Shown: positions 13,300 to 26,403 of the stretch, one piece after another
How the letters are laid out: each line of letters starts with the position of its first letter
How positions within the stretch are numbered: the stretch's first letter is position 1
Assembly: GCF_001194135.2 (NCBI RefSeq)
Contig: NC_068991.1
Span: forward strand, 8,953,927-9,017,926
Length of the DNA: 64,000 bases
Source: Octopus bimaculoides
Lineage: Eukaryota
Reading direction: 5' to 3'
Translations under genes and position numbers: made by a program
Notes under the pieces: generated by a model
The model's input: the letters and a program-made list of their open reading frames with translations, nothing else
Told to the model about the DNA's origin: nothing
Database searches by the model: none

Positions 13300-13700
13300 A
13301 GTTCGATGGCTAAAACAAGTAAAAGATAAACGGTTAATAGAAAGAAGAGTTCTGACAATAGTTTCGTTAAGTATCCGGGCATTACCTCCGCTTGATTCGG
13401 CGCATGCGCATAAGAGGGCACATGTTGTGCTTCTGCCGCCGCCGCCGCCGTCATAGTGATTGAGTCATTTAAAGCCGACAAGCAGACATTTGATTTGGAT
13501 TGGAACACGTCGCTAGAATATTTTGGTGTTCAATCCCGATCGAACACGCCAACAACAAACACTTCCTCAACTATCGAAAGTACCGTTTAAGTAATTCCAT
13601 TACATATATATTCAGTGAACACCTGAAATCATTCGAACAATTATTTTCTGAAACCCTGTTGCTTAAAAAAAAACAAAAAACATTTAGGTAAGTCTTTTAT
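13300..13700. promoter_or_regulatory. CpG-rich, probably bidirectional promoter
   Basis: CpG retained from about 12.9 to 16.4 kb; (GCC)n; NRF1-type palindrome GCGCATGCGC at 13400-13409; outward-facing donors at 13385 (-) and 13688 (+, AG|GTAAGT). Confidence 0.55.
13386..13454 (-). CDS. Candidate first coding exon (MTAAAAAEAQHVPSYAHAPNQAE)
   Basis: ATG with A at -3, poly-Ala N-terminus, donor GAG|GTAATG, inside the CpG-rich island. Confidence 0.4.
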
Positions 13701-16700
13701 AGGATTATCTCTTTTGTCTATGTATATATACACTCATCTGTTTTTTCTGTTATCGGATGTAAGTTGTTGTTTAACCCCAACTAAGCCTTGATCGAGCTGA
13801 CTGAGTGAAATACGATCAAAGTCTTCCCAGCCGTGACTATCCCATCTGTAGTGGATATCTAAGACTACGCTATCTGATGTATCCTTCCATTTACTGAGAT
13901 TGATTGCATGCATTTGGAGTGGGATTTGGTTGCTATTTCTTTTAAATCGAGCAGCCGTTCTCTGTTGTGACCGGGCCGGATTCATACAAGTTTTCGTTAA
14001 TCATACAAAAAACCCTGCATGGACAGCAATTAAGTATCTCCCTTTGAAAACAACAAAACAAAAATTTCAAACGAAGGTAACAGAAATCATCTACGATGTG
14101 TGGATGGTTTTCTTCGTTGAATATCAAAGCGTATGTCTTGACAACCTGGACAGCTTTATGCGGTTAATCAAATATGTGAGGCACGAGTTTTCTTGGTACT
14201 AGTTAGAAAACGAGATATTTAGAAATCACGAGTGTTTTTATGCAATTTACTGGTGGTGTGTGTTCGTTGCTTTGTCGCATTGTGTGATGTGTGAGCCCTT
14301 CTCTGTTTAAAAATCTGTTTTGTGTGTGTATTTTACACCTAACACTTAAAAAAGCTTATAATGTGCCGTAACCCGTTTAGCGAACAACGAACAGCGCATA
14401 CTAATTCAGTGAACCGACAAAAGGTTGAAAATACATGCAGTTGATAGGCAATTACAACAGTTTATGTTGCAGACAAATATAGACAAGAGTATCTTGTGAA
14501 GACAAAGAAGACTCTGGTACGGATATTATTGGTATAACTGCTTTATTCTTACTATGTTAAGCATCCCTTGACAGCTGAAGCTGTCCGCATTATGTCTAAA
14601 ACAAGCCGATCGACCTCCTTAACAAATGCAACATGTCCTTTTATAACTTTTTTCGCGGCTTGCTTTCGATTTTTAGTTGAAGCAATATAGTACTTATGTC
14701 GCTGACACGAAAAGCATAAAAGTTACATAGTCTTGATCCCCACTTCAGCTCTATAAATTAAGAGGATCTTCTTTAAGAAGAAATCATGAATGTTTCTCTT
14801 TATCTTTTCATTATACATCGATTTTTCCACTTCGATTCCTAATTGGTGTCGCTTCACTTGTGTTGCTTGAGCCCTTATTGGAAAGCATGATCGTCACTGC
14901 ACCACCGTTCCCCTGCGCTCACTCGATAATTTTTGTCAATGGTTGAAAATATTGTCGAGTAAAATGCTGTTTCGATAGATTGCATCATCTCTTCTCCCAA
15001 CGAGTTCACACGTCTGTTACACTTTCCGCCTTCACACACGAGTCAATGAGGGAACTTTCCATAGTCGCTCGACTCGCTAAAAACAGCGGTCAAATTTCTA
15101 GAAAAAAAAAAAGGGATTCGTTTAATGGGGCATGCGGTTCCCAACATATATGAAAAGGGACTGAGCTAGCGCTAAACAATACCTTCACAATACAACTCTT
15201 GTAACTAGCTTTCGTTTTGCGATCAAGAAAACTTTTTTTCTTTTGACTTATGTTAATAATACTCTTGAGAATTTGGACGTCACATTTTCATATTGTCCTA
15301 ATCTTTAGACAAACAAATGTTGAAGAAAGAGTTTTTTTGTATTCGTTATATTAGCACATCATAAACAGTGTGGAAAATAAAGCGCAAACCAATCTAAGGA
15401 TACGGCAAGAAATATCTGGATGCGTGATTACAGCGGCGTGTGTGTAACTAATTTTGTCATTTTTTGTTCTATGCTTTTAATATTGAAGACTTACGATCAA
15501 TAGGCTTCCAGTCAGAACTAATCAGTCTTTTTAGAGGTATCTTAAAAACATTATTCACTATGTTCCCCCTTTTCACGACAATGTGATTTAAAGGACGTAA
15601 GGCTGCTATTTCTAGCAGTTTGAGAAACTACAAGCATAAGAGTTCAATGGCCTGCTGTTTAATGACTGTGAAGATGTTTTGTGTGTGAATGTAACGTTTG
15701 CCTATTCTTATTTGAATAACGAAATTGTTCACTTAAATATTGTCTCGATTTTCCAATCCGTTCATGGATCTCTCTCACATACACACACATATACACAAAT
15801 AATATCCTTAATCTTTTCAATTAGCTCTCGACAGTCCTAAGTTTATATTCCCCTTTCACTTTTGTCAGTCAAACGATACAAGTTGCTGATCGACAGTGAG
15901 TGAAAGTGCCATGTTAAATTGCAGTATCACCTTGTCTCTTTTTTGCTTGTTTTTTTATTTTTTTGTGCGTCAGTTCGTCCCTTTGTACGGAATCAGTTTC
16001 TGACTAGCATCGTATATGAGAAAGCAACACCCTACTACGATTGATCCAGTTTCGCTTCTCTCACTTCTTTTTGCAATATTCCGTTCTCTCTTCTAAAACT
16101 AGTGCCGTGAAAACAGATTACTATTCCGTCAAAATTACATTCGCTCGACGAGAAGCTCGTATAAACTGATATAAGTTCAGAGTAGTTGTACTGGAAGATA
16201 TAAACAAAGTATTCTCGATGAAATATTCCCCTGGTTGAAGTTTAAAAAAAAATTAAAAGATACACTCCTGGGGGACTCCCAAAGAAAAGGGGAGGTAATT
16301 TCAAGGAATTGAGAATTAATCTCAAAATTAATTTAATTGAAAATGTGATCATTGTTTGGTGGTATTAGACAGATGAAGGCATGTTTTGATATCGTTGGAC
16401 ATCAACAGCATAGTACAGTTTCTGCAAAACAACGGTGTCGGTATTTTAGAGGCATAACATCACGAATACATGTTTAGAGTTAGGTTATTGGTTTGACTTT
16501 TCAACTCCAATACCATTATATAAATTCGATGTTTCTAAACTGTCTTTTTAAAGATTCTTTTATAGTATTCACATTATTGAAAGCATTGTTTCTGTTAGTA
16601 TTGTAGACTTTCGATCTCAACATATCGTTTCTTTGTGTCTCAACCTTGTCAAATACTGAGGCTGGTTTAATCAACTGTACCACACCCCTTGAACTAATTA

Positions 16701-17029
16701 TTATAAATAAATATTATCATATTCTCTCTGGAGTTGATATGTTAAATACCAGTCATGTTTTTGAGGTTGATTCTAATTTGAGGCTTTGTATCAAAATTTG
16801 AAATCGCCATTGTAATTATTGCTTTCACAAACTGGGCAAAGCCATGCCTATATTAAGAAAGAGATATACTCACTAATCCACTGCTTAATACTTTGATATA
16901 AATAGTTAATCATTGTACAAGATGCTTTATGATATTTACTCTTTTGTGGCCCCTTGTTCCTAAGTTCAAATCCTACCAGGATTGATTTTTGCCTTTTTTC
17001 CTGAGCATCATTATCATCGTTTTTTTTAC

Positions 17030-17362
17030 ATTCACTTTTCTATGCTGTCATGTGTTGGCAGGGTCATTTTCCCCATAGTGTCCATCCAGTTGTTGCAGTC
17101 CTTCCTCACGTCCTATGTGAAGTTTCGCATCCTGAAATCATTTCTCACCACTTCTATCCACATCGTATTCCAGCCTTCCTCTTCCATAGTTTGTCATTTT
17201 TTCATCAACTATTATTCTATGTCACCTGTCCTTCATATCATCACAGTCTTCTTCTTTTGCATATCACAGCATTTCCTCTCAGTATCTTTGTGATTCATGT
17301 TCTGTTATTCCTGCACACTGATATTACACATCCACCTCAGTACACTCATCTCATTGTGTAAT
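17030..17362 (-). mobile_element. RTE-like LINE 3' remnant
   Basis: Degenerate MSVLRWMCNISV and GRGR..W.EVVRND motifs. A similar + strand remnant (KRRLHW) lies at about 8605-8740. Confidence 0.55.
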
Positions 17363-20305
17363 TCATACCAGTTTACAAACAAATGGATGATTCGGAACGT
17401 TCAGAGTTATAACCTTAATTTTCTTTATGCTGATGATGAGGTACACTCTCTGCATTTATTAGAGAACTGCCTTTGCCAGTGTAAAAGGTAAAGAATTCAT
17501 AGGGCTGGTTTTCTAGGGCCTGTGGTGTCTATATCCCACCTGGACAGGACACCAGTCTGTCACATAATCACTCATTTTTGCCAGCTGAGTGGACTTGAGA
17601 ACTGTGAAGTGAAGTGTTTTGTTCAAGATCAATGCATTGCACACTCCAGGAATCAAAACCACAATCTTATGATTGTAAATTCAACACCCTAACCACTGAG
17701 CCATGCACCTCCACTTTACCAATGTAGTTCAGAGGACAACAAAAGCAGTTTATCTGGTACCAGTTTGGTTATAGGAGTTGCTAGAGAAACTGTCACAAAA
17801 ACATATCTTACCACCTGCAAAGCTCTACTCAGATATTTCTGTCAATCTAAGATTTATTTTAATCTTATACTGTTTCCAGTACTTACAGAACAGTGATACT
17901 ATTTGATCTGTAGCTGGAGTGTGTGTGGGGACTGTTGATAGGTGTTAGGTTATGATTAAACACTGGTAGCCAACATGTTAGGTCACTGATAAGCCCTCGG
18001 TTCATTAAACCTGGGACTGAAGGAGCCTCAGGTTCAGTGTGAAGAGGGAGAAGAAAAGGCGCAGATGTGGCTATGTGGTAAGAAGTTCTGGGTTCAGTGT
18101 CACTGATACATGAGAAAATACTAATTTCTGAATTTGCTATCATCATCATCATCATAATCATCATTTAATATCTATTTTCCATGCTGCTATGGGTTGAATG
18201 GCTTGACAGAAGCTGGTAAGGGCAGGGGCTACACCAGGCTCCATTGTCTGTTCTGGCATGGTTTCTATGGCTGGATGCCCTTCCTAATGCCAACCACTTT
18301 ACAGAGTGTACTGGGTGCTTTTTATGAAGCACCAGCACCACTACTTTTTACATGGCACCAATGCTTTTTACATGGTACCATCACTGGTGCTTTTAATGTG
18401 ACACCAGTATCGATTCTGCCAGATGCCTTGGTCTTTGTTTTATAAAGAAAAATTATAACCCATGTTCATGCGCACGTGCACACACACACACACACACGGA
18501 GCTTCCTCAACACATGGCTTTGTGAAGTGCTGCTATATATACATAACCACAAATATATTCATCATATAAGCAATGCTCACTGGATATTACACAAAATTTC
18601 TGTTGTGCAACAAGTACATAGCAATACGCCTATAATCGGACATCATTCAACGATTAGATAATCTTATAAACCAGCTGGGAATATATGATGTAGTTGATGA
18701 ACGTGAGGTTGCTAAACATGAGGGGAATTGGGGGTGGATGAATGGAAATTATGTTCCATATTTGGAAATTGCACTATCAATGGTAAAGTCAATATCCTCA
18801 TCATTATTGCCACTATCATTACATTTATGGGTTTTTTTTTTTATCGGCATCATAATCACCATTAGTGGACACACAGCATTCATCAATAAATCATTATGCC
18901 AGACAGCCACACTGCTCGAAACACCGAATATTCTGTGTATGATGGATTCTACATGATGAAGTACAAACACTGTTTTTACTGGTCTATAGACTTATAAAAA
19001 AGTCTATTAAACATTTTGTTACTAACCCACCTGAGAATGTTCTTGTCCCGGTAACACCAAGTGTAATATATTTTCATGCATTTACTCATTAAAATTTGAG
19101 GTTAAGACCAAATTAAATACCAAGTTGCTGCTTCCATACTAAATCATTTTTTTAAAAACCAAATAGTTTGTTCACATTTTACTTCATTTTTATATTGGAT
19201 TTACAAATTGTTGACGTGAAAGTTGCAAACAGCTTCAAAAGAACTTTAACAAATAACTAATTGATTAACTTGCACATTAAACAAACGATCAGTTAGTTGG
19301 TTTGATAATTAATTAACAATAAAGAAGTAGAGTTGAATCTGTGTATGTGTTGTTATTGGCATAATGACTCTCACAAGACACAACAAAATTTATTCAAATT
19401 TACCCAGATGTAAAGTATCAGATGCAACCCACAGGCAGGGTTGCCATTTGGTACCTTTTCATTTCAGATTATCAACCTTGATTGAGCAAAACTATGGTCC
19501 AAAATGTTTCTGCTATGATCCTCGTATCTTTTTCCTGACATGTGCATAACTAAAGTGCTTTTTTAAGATCTTTTTAATGCAGAGTGTAATTTGAGGGAAA
19601 TTTGGCTTCTGTTTTTAGGGGGTTTTATTAATCACATAGAAACTTCCTTATTGGGCTTACTCATTTCGTGCTATTGTGGGGCAATGTTCAGCTGTGGCAA
19701 GGAGCAGTGTATTGTGGATTCATAATATGATAAAAGTCAGTTCATGTATTCAACTGATCACCATAGAAATCTTTGTATTTTAACTGTACTTAGTATTTAT
19801 GCTTCATTAATTTCCCACTGTATTGAAGACATTTTTTTCTATATTGAGGTCTTTATTTTTATTTGTCATTCTTTCACTTGGGAAAGTGTTCCACTTGGCT
19901 GTATTTGCTTGTGTAAATAGCAAAAGCGTTTGTATGACCACGGTAATTCACTGAAGCAAAGAATATTTTTAATTTGTGCATATGTATGCTTTGTACTGAG
20001 TATGCAACAAATGCTCTGTGTCTACAAACTACGTTTAGTTGTAGAATAAGTTTGCTTGAAAACCTGCTACTTACACATAGTTGTCCAGTAGGTAAGAGAT
20101 ATTATATATGTTTTAGGTTACAGTCCCACCTTATTTACTTACTATGAGTGATAGATATAGTTTCTTGATGATAGATGTGGTTGTATTAAACCCCAAAACA
20201 ACATAAAGGTACATCCATCCTTTTTTTTTAATAGTTTGTCTAGAACTACACTGTCTATAACAGTGATGATAGGGTATGGTTTAGAAGACTTGCCTTCTAT
20301 TTTAA

Positions 20306-20526
20306 CCCTTATGATACCAATCTGCCTGAAACTTCTCTGGCTTAGGAGTACAAATGTCTTGTTTTCAAAAGTTCCGAATTAAAATCTTCCACCAAACCTT
20401 AGTCACAATTTATGTTCCTAACACTAGCTTAATGATAACTAAGTTATTTTACTAAATTCTTTGTTATATTTTAAATTAATTGAAAGAAACACAGAGCAGC
20501 TCAACAGAAATATGGTAACAAAAGGG
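20306..20526. mobile_element. piggyBac-like MITE
   Basis: TTAA|CCCTTATGATACCA ... TGGTAACAAAAGGG|TTAA. Confidence 0.75.
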
Positions 20527-20599
20527 TTAAGCATTTGGGGAGATACTACATAGAGGCTGATTGCTGACCCAGTTTTTCTTAAAAGTGTTTTGCCATTAA

Positions 20600-20804
20600 C
20601 CCCTTCAGTTAATCTATTTGTCGAAATGTATTCTCCTTGTCTTAATCAATTTTGAAAACAATGACAAATTTAGTAAAATAATTAAGTTAATGTTTGAGAC
20701 ATAAGATGAAATTTTGAAGGAAGGTTTTAATTTAGATCTCTTTTAAGTAGGGAAATTGTATCAGAGAACCACAGATGTTCTCAGGCAGTTTGGTATCAAA
20801 AGGG
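20600..20804. mobile_element. piggyBac-like MITE, same family, opposite orientation
   Basis: TTAA|CCCC ... GGTATCAAAAGGG|TTAA; its right end is the reverse complement of the left end of the 20306 copy. Confidence 0.65.
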
Positions 20805-20905
20805 TTAAACTTCATTTTATATCCATTAATAAATAACCTTGGGAGCCACTTGCACATTAATTTCATGAGCAGGCTTTTCCATTGGCTGGCTCTACTGGAA
20901 CACAC

Positions 20906-22069
20906 TTTGAATGTAAAACAAGTAGAAAATTTGGGCTCGACATGGCTAGAGGGTTAAACATCGTCCTCATTTGATGTCCACTATTCCATGCTTGCATAGG
21001 TCAGATGGAATTTGTTGAGACAGATTTTCTATGATTGGATGGAGTGCCAAGTTGCACACAGTATCATTGACCAAGTGAAGAGGTAGACTTGTATCAATCC
21101 AAGAGAAAATGACCTCATTTCATGTCCTTGTTGGTGGTGTTTCACTTAACATTATTAATACTTTTAAGAAAGATCTAAACATTGTATATCCCCATTTTAC
21201 TTGTACATATTTCTCTCACTATATCTAATGTATGAAATATTATTAGTCAGTTATGATGACACATTTTAGACAAGCTTCCTATTTGTATGGTTGCATAAGG
21301 ACTTAATTTTGTTTGTGTTAGTTTACCTAACATTGCTTCTAATGTGTTTGAGAAATGCTGTGCATGTTTAGACATATTGAGACATATTTAAACATATTGT
21401 TTATATAAATAACATAACTTGACTATACCAGGTTACCAATAAAACGTATATATAAATTGGATTTAATGTCTGTTTGCCATGCTGTAAAAATCATGCCAAA
21501 ACTAACCTCACCTGTGTTAGTGCCATGTAAAAAGCACTGAATCCACTCTGCAGAGTGTAAAAATTATGCCAAACAGAAAGTAGCTTAGGGCAGTTTTCTA
21601 CCCGGCTGGCTCCTGTCAACTGTCTTACCCATGCATGCATGAAAGATGGACGTTAAATGATGATATATATATATATGTGTGCAGATGTAGCTGTGTAACC
21701 AAGAAGCTTGCTTCCCAATCATGTCGTCCTCAGTTCCGTGTCGCTGTGTAGTATTCTGCACAAGTTTCTTCTACCATACCCTTAGGTCAACCAAAACCTT
21801 GTATAATGTACATGTACATCTGTGTGTTTGCGTGTATTCTTGTTTTGAAGTCGTGATGGTTGTAAGTGATCTGTTTGGTCATGAGGAAATATTACCCTAC
21901 TTAGAAATGGGCATAGGTTGATGACAGGAAGGGCATCCAATCATAGAAAATCTGTCTCAACAAATTCCATCTGACCTATGCAAGCATGGAATAGTGGACA
22001 TCAAATGAGGATGATGCTTAACCCTCTCACCATATTGAGCCCAAATTTTCTACTTGTTTTACATTCAAA
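20906..22069. repeat. 136-bp inverted duplication (20906-21041 / 21934-22069)
   Basis: Manual alignment, over 90% identical. Confidence 0.9.
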
Positions 22070-22159
22070 CTGGCCGCATCCAGCTTCTCACCCCTACTCT
22101 ACAATCTCATTATAAAAATAAACAATCACATCATCAAAATCTCAAAGCTAAGAGATAAT

Positions 22160-22465
22160 GCATGATTAAAGGACTTTCGAGTGAGATCGTTGCCAGTGCC
22201 CCTGGACTGGCTCTTGTGCGGGTGGCACATAAAATACACCATTTTGAGCATGGACGTTGCCAGTACTGCCTGACTGGCCTTCGTGCCGGTGACACTTAAG
22301 AGCACCTACTACACTCTCGGAGTGGTTGGCGTTAGGAAGGGCATCCAGCTGTAGAAACTCTGCCAAATCAGATTGGAGCCTGGTGTAGCCTTCGGGCTCC
22401 ACCAGTCCTCTGTCAAATCGTCCAACCCATGCTAGCATGGAAAGCGGACGTTAAATGATGATGAA
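22160..22465 (+). mobile_element. Retroposon family C with (GAT)n tail
   Basis: 3' end CCAACCCATGCTAGCATGGAAAGCGGACGTTAAA(C/T)GATGATG recurs at about 35110(-), 51325, 57230 and 60950-61105. Confidence 0.8.
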
Positions 22466-23255
22466 TAGATTAGCATTACATTTGACACAGTAATCCGAGT
22501 GCTGAAGAGTGAAAAACAAAACTCGTAATATAATTTTCAGCCGATGGTGATTTATAGTCATTTTGTTTATTTTACATGATTTGTCAGTAGATAAGAAATC
22601 TGTTTTTGTCAATCTACATAACTTAAATAATTGTGTGTGTGTGTGTGTGTTGCATTCTTGTTTGAGCTGCCTTTGCCATTCAACAACTGTATGTAGCTCT
22701 TTTCTCACAAGCTATACAGGTATAAGTGTTAGTACCCTGGAAAATGTCATCAGCATGGTGTAACTCACTGCTCCGCAACCAGTATGTCACAGCACACTGG
22801 TGTGCCACGAGGCGATGCGAGGGGTGCCGCGAGGTGTGCCACAATATCCTTAATATAACTTTTAGTTCAAGTGTATTGCCCAATTTTGCAAAGAATATAA
22901 GCGTACTGCGTGTGAAAAAAAGGTGAACTGGTATAACTAAAATTTCTCAATGTTACAGTTTTGTTTTTAAAAAACTGTTTTATCATTCTGATACATTTAT
23001 ATTTGAATACATTTGCTGTACTTATTTATAGTTCTTTAAGTATTAGTGGCATTTTGTATGTTTCTGTGGTCTGAGTTCAAATTCCACTTAAGTCGACTTT
23101 GCCTTTCGTCTTTTGGGATTGATAAAATAAATACCAGTTGAATACTGAGGTTGATTCGACTAAAAAATTCTTCAAGGTGGGGCTCCAGCATAGACAGTCT
23201 AATGACTGAAAGAAGTAAAAGATAACAAAAAATAAAATATAATTCATTAATTATA

Positions 23256-23645
23256 GGCGTAGGAGTGGCTGTGTGGTAAGTAGCTTGCTTATGAACCACA
23301 TAGTTCTGGGTTCAGTCCCACTGCGTGGCACCTTGGGCAAGTGTATTCTACTATAGCCTCGGACCGACCAAAGCCTTGTGAGTGGATTTGGTAGACGGAA
23401 ACTGAAAGAAGCCTGTCATATATATGTATATATATATATGTTTGTGTGTCTGTGTTTGTCCCCCCAACATTGCTTGACAACTGATGCTGGTGTGTTTATG
23501 TCCCCGTAATTTAGCGGTTCGGCAAAAGAGACCGATAGAATAAGTACTAGGCTTACAAAAGAATAAATCCTAGGGTCGATTTGCTTGACTAAAGGTGGTG
23601 CTCCAGCATGGCCGCAGTCAAATGACTGAAACGTGTAAAAGAGTA
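23256..23645 (+). mobile_element. tRNA-derived SINE family A, near full-length copy
   Basis: A/B-box-like head TGGCTGTGTGGTAAG...GGGTTCAGTCCC and an internal (TA)n. Other copies at about 2727(+), 3003-3596(-), 8400(+), 12498-12872(-), 24605-24852(-), 26730(+), 27075(+), 35240(-), 43030(+), 52330(+), 59030(+). Confidence 0.85.
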
Positions 23646-26359
23646 ATTGGTATCGTTTTTCTCCCCCCCTCCCTCATTGCTCATTTATTTCCTGTTATAG
23701 CGATGTTGCCTGTATTAGTTATATTAGCACAACCATCTCATGTGCCATGCCTACAGGCGTAAGCGAGCGATTATGGATTTTTATGTCAAAGTCTGAAGAC
23801 CATAACTTTCTCTTGGAAAAGATACAGAAATGGTTTCTTTTTGTTTTCTGCCTGTTTATTAAATAGTTTGCTCTGTTACCCCACTTCTCTCTTGTGCTGA
23901 CTCTTGAGAAATAGGGCCTGTTTAATCCTAAAGCAAAGGGACTAGTTCCTGTGACACTGAGACATGTGCACACACTGGTGGACCTGTATAACTGGTATCT
24001 AGGGCCCAGCCATCTGGGATTTGTGTGATTTAGTCACAGGACCATCTTCTGCTATTTGACCAATAACTGAAGTCCTTGAGCTACACTGCTGCCCCAGTGC
24101 CAGAGCTCTCCTGGAAGTGGCAGTAGTTAAGGCATAATTCATACTTTCCATAACTGCTGAGCGTCCAAGCTGGAGCCTTGCTACTGGATACAGGTAACTG
24201 TCTTGGTCATGACAAAACAGATAAGGAATTATTGCAAGGAAATGAATTTACAAAGATCTATTTGATGTGCAATGTCAACTTATAAGAAAAGTTAGAAAAA
24301 TGCAGGGGTACATATATATATATATATATATATATANNNNNNNNNNNNNNNNNNNNNNNNNNNNNNNNNNNNNNNNNNNNNNNNNNNNNNNNNNNNNNNN
24401 NNNNNNNNNNNNNNNNNNNNNNNNNNNNNNNNNNNNNNNNNNNNNNNNNNNNNNNNNNNNNNNNNNNNNNNNNNNNNNNNNNNNNNNNNNNNNNNNNNNN
24501 NNNNNNNNNNNNNNNNNNNNNNNNNNNNNNNNNNNNNNNNNNNNNNNNNNNNNNNNNNNNNNNNNNNNNNNNNNNNNNNNNNNNNNNNNNNNNNNNNNNN
24601 NNNTTGTCAAGCGATGTTGGGGGGAAAACACAAACACACAAACATATACACACACATACATACATATATATATATATATACATATATACGATGGGCTTCT
24701 TTCAGTTTCCGTCTACCATATCCATTCATAAGGCTTTGGTCGGCCCAAGGCTATAGTAGAAGACACTTGCCCAAGGTGTCACACAGTGGAACTGAACCCA
24801 GAACCATGTGGTTGGTAAGCAAGCTACTTACCACACAGTCACTCCTGCGCCTATATATGAGTGTGTATGCATGTTAGTATAATATGAATTGTTAAAGACT
24901 ACGTAGCAGGAATTTATAATGTTACAATAATTTAATTTGTCCACCTACACAACTAACATGCTTACTAGTGTGTGTCTAGGTTTGTAGTATATTGTTGTTG
25001 TTGTGGTGGTGGTGGTGGTGGTGGTGGTGGTGGTAGTGTTTGTGTGTTAAATATGTAATAACTCTCTATTAGATATATAATGTGTGCATATGTTTTGCAG
25101 TTGCTATGGCAACATATCTGTAGCCATCATTAGTATATCATATCCATGTTGCTACCCTCCCCTATCCACTATTCAGGCAGGCAAGGGAGCTAAACAACAA
25201 AGACCAATAAAATGAGGGGACTACTGTGTGGTCACGTGACTGCCTGGGAATAACAGTAACGTCTCCCTATTGTCTTAGAAAAAGGGGAAAATATTTAGAA
25301 TAATGTTGTCTACCATTACTTGCTTAATGAAAAAAAAAACAAAGGGCGAGGATGGTCAAGGCTGGAATGCCTTTAAATGGTGCTCACTTGGAGCTAAAGA
25401 ACAATGGAGACTTAGAGCTGTATTTTATAGATGGATCTTAAGTGAGCGAATAACTAGCTATTAAGTCTCTTTCTCTCTCTCCCTCCCTCTCTCTCTCCCT
25501 CCCTCCCTCTCTCTCTCTCCCTCTCTNNNNNNNNNNNNNNNNNNNNNNNNGTACAACAGTAAACAACAACAAACTTAAACTATCAGAAATGAAAAAAAAT
25601 AACAAGAAAGAAAAAAAAAATAAAGAAACCAACAAATTCTTGATAATTATTGATTAATATTTTTTTTCTCTCCTTTTTTCCTCCTCCTTCCATCTCCAAG
25701 AGGAAATTAATATTTTGGTGTAACTTTACATGTAATTTTACCAGATATAATTTGCAATTCATTAATGTTATATCAGTATAACAACAACAACAACAACAAC
25801 AGGAACAGCAAAATTAACAGGGAAATAAAAAAAACAAAAAATCGTAGATAGCACCGCCACCACCACCACCACTTATTATAGTATTACAGCTCGTTGATTT
25901 TCATTTGAATAAGAACCCAAGATAGTTATGTAGAGAGTGCATAACATCTTGTTCTCATAATATATATATAATAGATATGCCTTAATTATTAACAACTGAG
26001 GCTGCTAGGGAGCTCGTTACCATCATCTGAAGTAACTTCGTTTCTGATTAATTCTGTTCAGATCCAATATAGATTATTTGATTTTGTAGTTAGTTTCCTG
26101 ATGATTCATCTAAACTCAACTCCACACATCTCATCAGTGTGTTTTAAAGCGATAGCCAAAGATGGCCTTCAGCTTTTACTGGAATTTATTCATCTTCATC
26201 TTATGTTGAGGTCAACATTGTTTTTGCTGTTGCCCTTTCATTGAACTTTCAATATTACTGAAACAGTTCGTTAAGCTTTTGGAACTCGAATTATCCGTCA
26301 TAGAATAGATTTTAAGCCACTGAAGGAAATCTCATCCTTGTAGCTAATACAGGAAATCA

Positions 26360-26403
<44 letters not shown>

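Noticed and set aside
18655-18690. Minus-strand peptide IPSWFIR matching the IleRS motif that is altered in exon 12
   Set aside because: The flanks do not match IleRS, stops are close by and it is on the wrong strand; most likely chance.
25231-25240. GTCACGTGAC CLEAR/E-box palindrome
   Set aside because: It lies within a degenerate copy of the abundant GCTATTTCTAGC-type repeat.
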